Notes under the pieces: generated by a model
Database searches by the model: none
What the model saw: the letters and a program-made list of their open reading frames with translations, nothing else
Told to the model about the DNA's origin: nothing
Source: Rhizophagus irregularis
Lineage: Eukaryota
Assembly (NCBI RefSeq): GCF_026210795.1
Contig: NC_089430.1
Span: forward strand, 4,588,001-4,652,000
Length of the DNA stretch: 64,000 nucleotides
Direction: 5' to 3'
Made by a program: the position numbers and the translations under genes
Part shown: positions 52,128 through 64,000 of the stretch, in pieces
Position numbering within the stretch: the first letter of the stretch is position 1
Layout of the letters: every line of letters starts with the position of its first letter

Positions 52128-53024
52128 CTAAAAATTGTTCATAGGGGGATTATAATTTTCAGCATCCTGCAATAGAAGTGAAAAATCATCATTTAGCCAT
52201 GCCCAAGAGGTGGTACCTTCTTTAGGATAAGGTGCAGGTAACCAACCATGCGAGATACCCGCTATATTGCCTCCATTAGTATTTGGATCATAATTTCTTA
52301 TCCAAGGACCCCCACTTGAGCCAGAACCAACATCTATAGATATACCCCTATGCCACTGGTAATTTGGAAGATTATTTGGAAACTCAAATGAATTTCCTTG
52401 CCACTCACAAAGGTGTTGTCCATCTCTGGGGCAGTCCATTTCACCAGAATTATATGGATAACCAAATACAGTTGTTTGATATTCTCCAGGAGGTACATTA
52501 AAGTCACAATCGAATGCTCCAGTATCATCTTGTAATTTTCTTCCATCTTGATAATAAAACTTTATAAAGCCATAGTCATACAGTGTTTCATCCTTCGTAA
52601 AATCTGACCATATACTAAATGTATGAGCCCTAACTGCTCCAAGACTACCTGGATTTCCATTGTTGTACCCAGGAAAGAAATAGAAATCAGTATTCCAATT
52701 CTCATCGATAATATCCCAAATACAATGTGCAGCGGTAATTGCTATATTTCCGTTATTAGTTCTAATTACAGTGGCGGTACAATAATCAGTTGATCCATCT
52801 GGTTTTACAAATCTTAAGAGTCCAATAGCACTGAAATTATTATCGTCAGCAAAAGTTCCTGTTGTATTACTCATTCTTTCTTCTGGAGGAATATCAACAA
52901 ATTTACTCATAGATACCATTTTTGATTTTCTACCCATAGGTTTAGGAAATGCATAACTTGAATTCGTTATGATTAGTATCAATACAACAAATATACATAG
53001 TATATGTTTCTTGTTCATTTTCAT
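52128..53024 (-). CDS. Secreted chymotrypsin-fold (S1, V8/glutamyl-endopeptidase-like) serine protease, intronless
   Basis: Signal peptide KKHILCIFVVLILIITNSSYA. Triad motifs TAAHC, YDYG, GSSGGPW. Confidence 0.92.
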   Translation of the reverse strand: MKMNKKHILCIFVVLILIITNSSYAFPKPMGRKSKMVSMSKFVDIPPEERMSNTTGTFADDNNFSAIGLLRFVKPDGSTDYCTATVIRTNNGNIAITAAHCIWDIIDENWNTDFYFFPGYNNGNPGSLGAVRAHTFSIWSDFTKDETLYDYGFIKFYYQDGRKLQDDTGAFDCDFNVPPGEYQTTVFGYPYNSGEMDCPRDGQHLCEWQGNSFEFPNNLPNYQWHRGISIDVGSGSSGGPWIRNYDPNTNGGNIAGISHGWLPAPYPKEGTTSWAWLNDDFSLLLQDAENYNPPMNNF

Positions 53025-53976
53025 TAAGGTAACGTATTTTTAAAATTGATTGGAATAATTGAATACACAGATATATGGCAGGAAAAGTTAGTCAATTTAT
53101 ATGTTTTAAAAAAAGACGTTTGATGCTACTACTTTCATTCTCTCATTCTGCTGTATATCATCATATGGCCTATATTAAAATTTAATTAACATGGCCCGAC
53201 GAGAAAATAAAGAAAGATTAATCCGAATTCCCGAACTTTCGGACTTTCACTAAAAGGAGAAAAAAAAAGAAAATTGAAAACAATCCAAATGTCAAATGTC
53301 AAACATTTCCATAATCGAACACACAGAACACACATTCATAGTTTCATGTGATTATCGACATCATTCAGCTAGTATGATAAGTATGATATCGATAGGTGAG
53401 CTCTTTTAAATATGCTAATAGGAATAGATCGTAAGGATGTACATTAGTAGATCCATGCGATTAATGAAACCTATAGAGCGCAGTGACTAGGAGCATGACA
53501 GAGAGCTTCAAGGTCCAGTATCACGTGCTTTTAGCCCGGTATATAATAATATAGTATAAGTACAAAATCAATTTTTGTTATATATCAAATTTTGTGCATG
53601 CTAATACTTTTTTTATGATGATGAGAATAACTTTAAATATTGACCAGCAACTATCCGCTATTTTTTCAAACATTCAATATGTTGGACATACATACACATA
53701 TACCTTCTGCCTACCTTAAATAGAACTGATACTAACAATAGTCAGGAATTAGGAAAACTTTTTCTTTTTTTTTAAAAAAAAAAATTTCTCACGAAGAACC
53801 AATTAATATGTATTATATATTAAATACTATTTCTTTAAAGGATACGTAATGACTACGCTTGGAGAACATAATGCCCGCTGAATTATCAAAATAAGAAAGA
53901 ATCTACAAACATTTTACACAGTGTCACAGCCGGTATATTTATTCATTATTATTTTAACTCCATAAAATCGACATTC

Positions 53977-54726
53977 TACAATCCCGACACCAAGATCCTG
54001 ACAAACCCAAATCCCGTTGAAATAAAATCCCGATAGTCACAAATTCTGACAGTTAAAAATCTTGACAGTCAAAATCCCAAAGTTTTTTTTTTTTTAAAAA
54101 AAAATTATATAAAATTTTCATAATTTTAACACAGTAACGGGCTAATTTATTCAATATAATTAAATATAATCTGTAAATTTTATTAATACCAATGTAAATT
54201 GTTTGCAAATTTTATTAATATTAATGCAAATTAACTAACGTTACTATATTATTAATAGTTAAAAGGATTATGTACAGTATATTATTAGGTTCATCATGGC
54301 GGATTTATGAAATTGTCCGTAATGTCAAATTAAATAAATTAGTCACCAAATTTCTATTTAAGTCCCAAATTTATTAGTGAACAGTCAAAGATGAGCTCTA
54401 AAAAATTTTTTTGTACCCCAAATCTTGCGTCTAACCAATTTTTCCGTTACCTAAACAATTTTTCCAGTGTTAAAGGTACGTCATTATTTGACATTTTTTC
54501 TTAATGTTTCTGTAAGTCAATTTTAATTCCTGAGGGCGCAGCAGGGTTTTTGCCAAATTTCATAAATCCACCGCAATGTACTAAACTATTCCTTATCTTC
54601 TAAAATTAGAAATAATTGCATTAAAAAAATTAAGTAATCCTAAATTCATATCGAATCTCAGACAAGATTTTGGCTGTCAAGATTTTAGATCAGGATTCTG
54701 TGACTGTCAGGATTTTGATTCAATCC
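53977..54726. mobile_element. Foldback-type TIR element with AAATCCYGACA internal repeats, hosting a nested MITE
   Basis: Left arm 53977-54080 is the reverse complement of the right arm 54665-54726. Confidence 0.6.
54292..54578. mobile_element. MITE, second copy of 7880-8189
   Basis: CATCATGGCGGATTTATGAAAT ... ATTTCATAAATCCACCGCAATG, with a near-identical interior. Confidence 0.85.
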
Positions 54727-55818
54727 TTTGCTTCTCTAGTTGCTCTAGTTGTGTGACTAGCAGCCAGCTGTAGTGTTTCCTATCCAGATCGAAACACTAG
54801 CCAGCCGTCACGCTGGCAATTTCCGAAATGATAAAGTTCAATGAAGTAATTCGCACGCCTAGATATTAGTATGATCATCAATCAAATGATGAAATAGTAT
54901 GTGATTATAATTTCTGCATTAAAACCTAAACCTAATTGTATTATAGTATAAAAACTAATTACGTAATTTTTCTAATAAGAAGTTTTTGTCAGGATTTTGT
55001 GGTAAACTCACTATATAACATTAAAAACTTATTAGTTAACTATCCATAATTTTCTAGAAATACTTCATAAATTTTAAGAGAAAAAAGAAGAAAGGAAAAG
55101 AAATTTATTGCATAAAAGTGTCTACACGCATCAGTCGCAATCACGTTAAATGATAATTTTTTTTTAATGATGGGCCTCATGAAATCAAACTATAAATTAT
55201 TAAATTTCACTCAATTACTAAAAAAAAAAATGCTGCCTCATTTTTCAAAGATTTATAATTATTTCATTTTCACAAGTTTTATTGTCGCATTTTGCATTTT
55301 CACAATTATTTGACTAAGCCGAGCCGAGCCAACGAATTAATAGATTTTAAATATAGAATTTACGAAGTGATCAGCTGATTATCATATCATTTTTGCTCGT
55401 GCGAAATACACGTAATAAAAATAATTAATTTTTAAGAATAATTTTTACTTTATTCAGTTTATTGTTTAAAATCTCTTCTTGAGTTCAATAAATTTAGAAC
55501 AATTCCTGATGTCTATATGAATTGAACCACTCCAACAATAGAATCCGAATCCGATTTAACCACAAGAAAATACGCGAAACTATGAAAAAAATTAGATTAT
55601 TTTTCATTTTTATTCCGTTGTTTATAATTTGGGTAATATAAAACGTGATTTATTGGTTAATGATAGCGAATAAATGAATAAATTTATAAAATATTGTGAG
55701 ATATTATTACAAAAAATAAATAATTATCGACATGAATTCGAAGAAAAACTCTACGCCATTACAATGTTAATTTTGGTCAAAATTACGTTATCTTCCACTG
55801 AATTAAATAAGTCCAATT

Positions 55819-58800
55819 CTATTGAATCTTGAGTTTATTTAATAAATCTTGTTTCATTTCCGGAAAATCATTTTTACTCCAATTATCCTTAATAATTAAT
55901 TCTTCAATTTCTTCTTGAACTTCATTAAAATTAGCATTAAAATATCTGAAAAAATTAATTAATTATAAATCAGAAAAAAAATCAAAAAAAAAAAGTTTAA
56001 ATAAATAATTTAATAAATAGACATACAATACTTCAGGAAACCATTTTCGCCAACGTCTCTGACACGGTAATAGGTAAAATAATTCAATATCAGCTACAAC
56101 CTACAAGAAATTGAAAATTTTAGTATTTTCAAGTGCAAGAATTTTATATTAATTAATAACGGTATTATACCTCCGCCATCATTTTCCAATATGAAGCTTG
56201 AACATCATCGTCTTTCTTCACCTCACTAAATAGCGTAATAAAAACATTCAACATAAATATAATCATTATGACTATAAAGGAACCCATCAATATTACTAGT
56301 GACGGATTTTTTTCATATGGCCAATTGGAAAATGAACTCGTGTCGCCTAATAATTGGATAAATTAACTATCGTTGAATACTTTTTTTAGTGAAAAAATAA
56401 ATATAAGTATACCTGTGAGTAATAAACTCGTTGCAAAAAATGAAGTAGAGAAGTCTGTAAACGTGTTTGTGTTCTCATCAGGTTTTTGTAAAATAAATAA
56501 ATTATTATTTAAAACGTTAGTAGTTTCAGTAGTTTCATTTTCATATACTTGATAAGTAGGGATCAAATTCCAAGGATTATTAGGGTCATCGTTAACTATA
56601 CGTTTGTCTAAAGAATAACTCGATTTTGGTGATAATAGAACATAAAACGCGAGTGCGTAACTAAATAAAATCATCAATATGATGCAAAAAAAGAAAAACC
56701 GTAGCTGTTCCGAAATTTTAATGAGAATTATGTAACATGGACCATAAAATCTAGTTATATTAAAAAATGATAATAACTTCAAAAATAAAAATAGGCATGA
56801 AAAAGACAGATATGGAATTATCTGATAATTTATGTCACCCGCTTTACTTGTTCGAAGCCAAAGAACAGAAGTGTAAATCGTAAACGAATACACAAATATA
56901 CCTATAATATTTTAAGCATACTGTATGTAAATAATTATATAATTTTTATAATTAGTGAAAATGACGTGAAGTAAAATTAAACATTGATTTCATACTAAAC
57001 ATCAGCTCATACTCTCTGAGAAAATTACGGGTGTCACGAAACATCTTGTAAGCAAACTTACGAAGCATAAAAAACAGATAAAAGAATCCAAATGTAATCG
57101 AAATTCGCAGAAATTGTTCTCTATGAGCTGCATATCTATACTGAGATTGATCAAAAATAGCTGTATTGGCAGCAAAACTAAAGCTCACAGCTAAAAATGC
57201 GTGTCCAGACATGATTATAATGTGATAAACATATCCATAGGTAAGCCATTTAAAATTAATTAATTCTCGTCCATTCAATGATTTATAAATATCTCTGTTC
57301 ATTGTTTCAACAAATGGACTAGGTTGAGGTAGAAGAAGATCAACCCACCATTTATAATCTTGTGGGTAATTAGCGAACTTAATATAAGGAACAATAAAGG
57401 TAATTTTTGGTATATCTATTGGAGTCAATATACTTTCTGAAGAATTACTGCGATCTTTATAGAATTTTTTATACAATTTATGCAATGGATAACCATACTT
57501 TGTCCATAAAATAGATCCAGTTAGATTAACCATTTGAGGAGGACTTGTATAATGACCTCGATATTCTATTTTGTAAGAAGGAGAATCAATAATCAGATTA
57601 GTTTCTAATGAAAATCTTTCAATATATTTTGGAAGACATTTATTCAGCAATGGCATTGCAGAAGTAATAATGCTTAAAAATATTCTGTTGTTTCTCAAAT
57701 CTTGTTTAAAATGGTTCATACAATTTTTGTAGATATCATCTATTAATTCTAAATCATGTTCTTTGATTGCGAATACTAATAATTTGGCACCATATTTTAT
57801 AAGACTCAATTTATTATTTATTAACTCTGAAACCCATTTGTTTAATTTAAAGCTATCATGATTTGGTAAAGGTAAAGTAATTTCTGAGAATACTTTTTCA
57901 AAATCCTGTGACAAAATCATATTCAAATTCATATAATAAAAATATGTTAAAGAAACATTATTATTAAAATAATAAATAAAAAGACCGATTGATGTTAATA
58001 TAATAATTTCATCGCCATTAATTAATTTGATTCCAAGTAAACATCCTTTTCCAAAATTATGCTTTTCAATTTTTGTGCAAGTTAAGCTCCATTTGCTACT
58101 ATCATTAAGTTTTTTAAAAACTTGCAATACAATTTTAGCGTCATTAATTCTTATTTTCCACTTAATATTATTATGAATTAACTCATCATCATATTTACTT
58201 GTATAACCATTTAAGGATACAACTTTCTTGACTTCTCGGAATAATGCGCGTAATGTATCTTTATATGGATTAAATAAAAGAATTTTCAAATGTTTGAATG
58301 CATCCTTGATTTTTTCAGTATCATCACGTCCATCAGAATTTAAATATATATTCCAGCATTCAATAATATTTTTATCATTTTCATCACTTAATTTATCATA
58401 ATCTTCTAACGATAATTTTTCTTCGATTTTAATCTTCAGGAAATTTTTATTTAGAATTCCATATGCGTATTTTATACATGTTGCCGAAATATTTCGGCTA
58501 TTTCGCCCACATGACAAACTCTTCAAAGCAAAATCATCTGATTTCATAGATCTGGCTGAAATTAGGCTTCAAATAGGTTAATCCGGGTCTGAAGAACCTA
58601 TGAAAGAACTTTTGAGGAATTTCGACCAACTTACATAATTTCGGCAGGGCTCTGGAATTTCGGACAACCTATATTTAATATATGGCCAAAACTTTAAAGT
58701 CCGATTCGAAATTATTACAGATTATGCCGAAATTTTCTGAAGTCTGCTAAAAGTTGCTGCAGATCTGGCCCAAATTATCTGAGGTTTAAAAAATTTTATT

Positions 58801-60081
58801 GATATATCTACAAGTAGCTATATTTTGGTGCCGAAATGCGGCCGAAATTGAAAAAAAGTTTCGGCAACATGTATAGCGTATTTGTTTGTAATTTGAATGT
58901 TATTTGGAAGAATTTCGGATTGATATTCATTTGATAAATGATTTAAATGGTTTATGTATACTTTCCAATAATATTTCATGATGGAATTCCAAATTTTACT
59001 ATTATGGTCGAGTAAAGTAAATAGTAAAGGATATAACGTCAAATCAATATGCTTCAATATATTATATAATGAAATTTCTAATAAAAAAAAGAAATAAATT
59101 GAGTATCAATAACAATAAATTCATTAAATTAATATAAAAATATATACCATCATTTATATCCAAAGTAGCAATAGGAATTTCTAATTCAATTGAATAAATA
59201 ACAATTTTATTCTTTTTATTAGCATTTTTATCGTTGGATTCGTCATCCCTGATATTTTCATATTTGATTCCTAGACAAATAAAATTTTCATTGCTTGAAA
59301 TTTTGATATCTTCTTCTTCAAACTATTGACAAATAGTAAATTAGTTACAATATTTCTCAAAATAACTTTAATGAGTACTCTTAATGCATTTATTACCTTG
59401 TAATCCTCATCATCGGCAAAGATTCTTGCACTTTTTTCAGTAACTATATTCCATTCATAGATGCAATTACTTGAAAGCAAATAAAGTTTATTACATTTTG
59501 ATATGCTAATTAATTCAAAATCTTGGGGTATCTCGTAAATTTGTTTACACATCCATTTGCCATTTTTAATCTGTGTGGAATAAATCCGAAGAATTTTTTG
59601 ATTCAACACTTCATTACATATAATAAATTCGCCTTTTACATTAAAGGTACAATGATTCTGATAAATATTTTCATCGTAATATAGTTTAATCTCGTGTGTG
59701 TTATTATTCATATCGACTATTTCTGATAAAATAATAAAAATATTTTAAATAATCAGAATCAAATAAACGTCGGTGCTATCCAACAAATTATTGTTATCAC
59801 TTACTAGGTTTATTATTACAAATATAAACGAGCTTTTTATCATCGGAAACGCATATTTTGTCCAGATTTTTGATCTCACTAACTGTAATATGTTTTTCCT
59901 TGTCTGTGCCAAATATATTCCAACCGAAAATTGATTTATCTTTCTGATTATAAATAACAAGGTATTCTTCATTTGGTGATACTTCTATTTTTGTAATAGG
60001 TTTGCTTTTATTGATATCAAGATCAGCTCTCTCGATATTATTATCGTTGATTTCTCTGATTTCAATGGGGAAGTCGTTCAT
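55819..60081 (-). pseudogene. TRP-like cation channel gene interrupted by a MITE. Exons 60081-59805, 59722-59397, 59322-59148, 59077-56996 (insert 58473-58875), 56901-56413, 56346-56171, 56100-56027, 55945-55819
   Basis: Beta-rich N-terminus, PSPFVET/LINFKW pre-S1 motif, multiple TM segments, DDPNNPWNL loop, pore LLTGDTSSFSNW, LNVFI, and IELFYLLPCQRRWRKWFPE. The frame is restored when the insert is removed. Confidence 0.85.
58473..58875. mobile_element. 403-bp non-autonomous TIR element with an 8-bp TSD (hAT- or P-like)
   Basis: Perfect 17-bp TIR TATACATGTTGCCGAAA. Perfect TSD GCGTATTT at 58465-58472 and 58876-58883. Confidence 0.95.
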
Positions 60082-62143
60082 TTGAACTCTGAATTTCTCC
60101 TTTGTTAGAGTAAGTGAAACGGTTCTGTTGCTACTTCTTGGATCCAGAACAAATTGTTATTTATTTACAGTAAATAAAAGGCTTTACCTTCGTAAGGAGA
60201 AGCGCTATCTTATATATATATTGTTTTGTTTGTGTATGTTTATCACATCAAATATTACAAAAATATTACCTTTTAAGAAATTACTATATTAGAACTTGCA
60301 GTGTGACGATAAATTTATATTGATTGTACTATTTGGAAACACCGCAATAAAAAAATTTGTTTGTTGTATCAACGTATCATGGTACAGTATTTTCGTCCTA
60401 CAAATTTACCTCCATCATTTATTGGTTTATTTGATGACGTACCATTACGTTTGTCCTTTGTTTTTTTAAAATTTTTATTATTTCAATAAAGTGAATTCTA
60501 TTGATTAAGAAATTGTACAAAAAACTTTTAGCAAGACTGTTGGTCATACATATGATGATAATACAGTATCTCATTTTCTAGAATGTACTTTAATTATTAT
60601 AAAATTAAATTTATCTTAATTAAATTTTTTTACACATTAACTTCAAAATATTCACGTAATGTACTGCTGCTTTTAAGCCAAAACTCACAAGAGGTATTGT
60701 TCGGTTATTCTCCAGCCGAAATAACATATATTATGATTTTATGTACAATTCTAATAATTTTTTAAAATTACCGTGTTATTTAATGATTTATAATTATAAA
60801 ACCGATTTCAACTTTACTAAAAAATCCCACCTTTTACAATACTTAAATATCAAATCTATTATCTAATGTTTTGTAATACATTCGTATTTACGCTTTTTAC
60901 GTGTGATTAGTTTGATCAGTTTCTCTATCTGTTAAACTTTTTTTTTTTTAACGATTACAAATATAGAGTAGTTAAAAAAACAAAATAGAAATTTAGTACT
61001 TTTATCATAATTGCCACATGCTTTTTCTCTGTGTTAATATATCGCTGTTTTTTTTACAGGAGTTTGTAAAAATATGATATATAAATATCCCAGACTTACA
61101 AAAATTCTTTAATATTTTGAGAAAATTAACTTTACCGTATATTCTTTTGAACTTGATTATAAAATTCTTTTATTAAATATATATTAATGAATTCTCTTCT
61201 TAGGAGGATGAGGATATTCCATATAAATGATGAAACTTTTTTTTTACTTAATTAGTAATGCATTTTATTAATAAATCGATAACCTTATAACTACCGATTT
61301 ATCTAAATGATTATAACTAATCTATAAGACTAAAAAAAACTAATTGTGTAAGTCTACAAATTTTTGTTACCTATTACTAATTAATAATATTTTTTTTAAT
61401 TTTTTTTTGATTTTCTAATATTTTCTTCTGTTTTTCGTATTATAGCTATTTTCATTAAATTTAATAAATTTAATAACAAAAATTTGTTTACAAATTGTGA
61501 AATCAAAAAAAAGTATTACATTAAGAAAAATAAAATCTAATTAATTTTCTATGTAGGAACGTACGCGAAATTTAGACAAAAATTCTCCACTTGTCCATAA
61601 TTCCAATACCCTTTTCAAGAAAAAAAACCTAACCTTATTCTTCTTAATTTGTTTGCTTTATTGGACGTTTATTCGCTATCAGAGTCTTCTCTGCTGTCAC
61701 TACGCGTTTTTTTGTTTTCGCTCAATTTTCGGTTTCTGATTCCACAACTTTTTCTTTACCTTTAGATACGCTTGTTTCTTTTTTACCGCTGATCTTGTTT
61801 AAAATTTTCTACCACGTTATTATTTGAAACCGAAGGACTAGTTTATCGCACATCCTTCTTCGGGGGAAGAACAATTTGTAGATGCGTTTTGTTAGCCGTC
61901 TTTCGATTGGCCGGCTTCTTGAAGCTTCCACCTTGCTTATAATTTCATCTTGCGCTTTTATATGTAGCCCTTTACCTAAATCTTCGGTCATTGCTGAATT
62001 ATATGTGACCTTGAATAGATATTGTTCATTATCAAAATACATTAATTCGAGATCCGGCTATAAATCAGTGAAAAAAAAATGGGGCGAAATTTTGTAAATC
62101 ATTAATGAAATTTATTTAATTGGTATTTTTGTGGGTAAGGTAT

Positions 62144-62524
62144 CAGGACCCCGAGCTATATATATAGAGAGAGGTAAGGTGCAGCCAAAAAAAATTACTA
62201 TTAGCTCTACGCATTTTTTCAGGGCCGGAATTATTATAATGCCAGTCAGCGTCTAAAAAAAGGAAATAAATTCCGGCCGGCATTATCTATAAAAAGAAAG
62301 ATCTACATGATTATTTTGGTCAATTCTACACAAACTCTTACCCTACCTTTTATGGAGGTTCCTTAATGTACATTGAAGGTGTGCGATATTAACGTACAAA
62401 CTGGCCGGAATTAACGTTAACGCTATCACGTGAAAGTGCATAACTCCGCCAGTTTGTACGTTAAAATTGTACATCCCACTGTACGTTAAGGACGCCCCTT
62501 TTTATGTATATCTCGGGGTCACTG
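62144..62524. mobile_element. CAGGACCC-TIR MITE carrying a nested insertion
   Basis: CAGGACCCCGAG left end, family core, and right end TATATCTCGGGGTC displaced by the 62355-62497 insert. Confidence 0.7.
62355..62497. mobile_element. 143-bp foldback mini-element with ~9-bp TSD (MULE-like)
   Basis: Arms containing TTAACGTACAAACTGG / CCAGTTTGTACGTTAA. Flanks CCTTTTATG / CTTTTTATG. Confidence 0.65.
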
Positions 62525-63421
62525 CATCCAAATGAAAATGTTACGCAGTATTTTATGGCAGAAAAACCACAGCTTTCGAATGCATTATTAATTTCTCTTC
62601 CGATAAAAATTAAAAAATGACTTGTCTTTGTGCCTTACTATTTACGAATTTTTAACTGATCGATATCCGGATCACGAATTAAAATATATTTCACTTTGTT
62701 GATTTTAATGATTTTAGCGAATGACTGCCATACTCTCTTATGTAATCCTTTATAATCGTATAATCCTGCTTTTCATTATCTTTTTCGCTCAGATTTTTAA
62801 CCGCCTGCCAACTATATATTTTCTTTATATTACTAAATGAAATATTTGCGTCAAACATTCTAAAGAAATATAAACGTCCATTTTTCGTTATCGTTATATT
62901 AGATCCACCCTTTATGAAAACTGATTCCATATCTTTTGTTAAGCGGATTTTGGTCTGGACAGTTTTTATATTTATAGTTTCGTTTGATCGTTAAACGTTC
63001 CACATAGCCCACTTGTTTCATCGTTTCGTATTCTCCTCATCTTTCCAACGAACTAGTATTCTTGACCGAATCGTCCAACACCATGTAAACTAATCTTATA
63101 TTTTGTTTCAAGACTTAGAAATTAGTATAAAAGCTTTAGAATTACACAAAAGGATTAGATGCACAACAGATAATTTTTCTTTATTTTAAATATGAATAAA
63201 TGAAATCGTTTTGATATACATATATATATATATATCAATTTACATTATTTGGTAAAATAATACAAAAAATAGAAAAAAATATAATAAATAAATAATGTGA
63301 ATTCTAAATAAAAATTTGTGTGGTTATATCGTTGACTCTAGCCAAATTACGTTAACTTCGACCGGAATTAAAATCATACGAAGTCGCAATTACAACTTTC
63401 AATATGTCAAATAAGACAAGT

Positions 63422-64000
63422 CTAATTATGTTGGATCTTGAGTTTGTTTAACAAATCTTGCTTCATCTCCGGAAACTCATTAGTATTCCATTTGCCCTCA
63501 CTAATTAATTCTTTAATTAATTCTTGAGCTTCACCAAGTTCTACATCAAAATATCTGAAAATTTGATTCAGTAAAAAAATTAAGTAAATTTATTTAAACA
63601 TATAAATAAATGAATATACATACAATACTTCAGGAAACCATTTTTGAAAACGTCTCTGATGTGGTAACATGTAAAATAACTCAATTTCGGACATAGCCTA
63701 CAAGAAATTGTTAAATAATTTAGTAATTATAACAATTCATGAATTCCAATATTATGCTAAATAATGGTATTATACCTTCGCTTTCATTTTATACACTACG
63801 CCTAGAATGTCATCATCATTCACCTCACCGTACAATGTGATAAACACATTAATAATATATATGATCATTGCGAACATGAATAAAACCATCAATATTACAA
63901 GCTCCGGATTATCAACAAATGACCAATTGGAAAATGAACTTGTGTCACCTAATAATTAGATAAATTAACTATCGTTGAATACTTTTTTTAAATGAAAAAA
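63422..64000 (-). CDS. Second TRP-like channel gene, 3' end only. Exons 63948-63776, 63697-63624, 63554-63422
   Basis: GDTSSFSNWSFVDNPELVILMV..INVFI, SEIELFYMLPHQRRFQKWFPEVL, FPEMKQDLLNKLKIQHN*. Same intron positions as the 55819-60081 gene. Confidence 0.88.

Larger units (their letters stand above)
61600..63110 (-). pseudogene. Fragmented coding relic, possibly non-LTR retrotransposon ORF1-like, split by MITEs
   Basis: Broken frames QVGYVERLTIKRNYKY/KTVQTKIRLTKDMESVFIKGG..YFFRMFD..YSWQAVK and YFDNEQYL.. with a Lys-rich tail. Family assignment is from recalled resemblance only. Confidence 0.35.

Noticed and set aside
62371..62481. Tc1-like TA|CAGTG mini-element
   Set aside because: The inverted symmetry extends further out to 62355-62497 with a ~9-bp TSD, which fits better.

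Overview
AT-rich, intron-containing fungal genomic DNA. The gene families (Zn-knuckle/WTSGN TKL-type kinases, F-box/LRR, CYP450, TRP-like channels) are typical of arbuscular mycorrhizal fungi such as Rhizophagus (inferred, not verified). The window is a birth-and-death paralog cluster. It holds five TKL-like kinase genes: one with tandem N-lobe modules, one HRD->HRN pseudokinase, one frameshifted and two apparently intact. It also holds three kinase relics, a cytochrome P450, an F-box/LRR gene, two intronless DUF2235/Tle1-like alpha/beta-hydrolases, a secreted bacterial-style S1 serine protease and two TRP-like channel genes, one broken by a young 403-bp TIR element with an 8-bp TSD. Two paralogous uncharacterised helical proteins carry a central hydrophobic hairpin and are candidate pore formers; one has captured an in-frame 183-bp GC-rich insert. 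Non-coding features include a ~372-bp x5.3 tandem array showing CpG decay, many MITEs (some nested) and a candidate solo LTR. No tRNA, rRNA or CRISPR was seen. Exon boundaries were read by eye from GT/AG sites that keep the frame and match paralogs.
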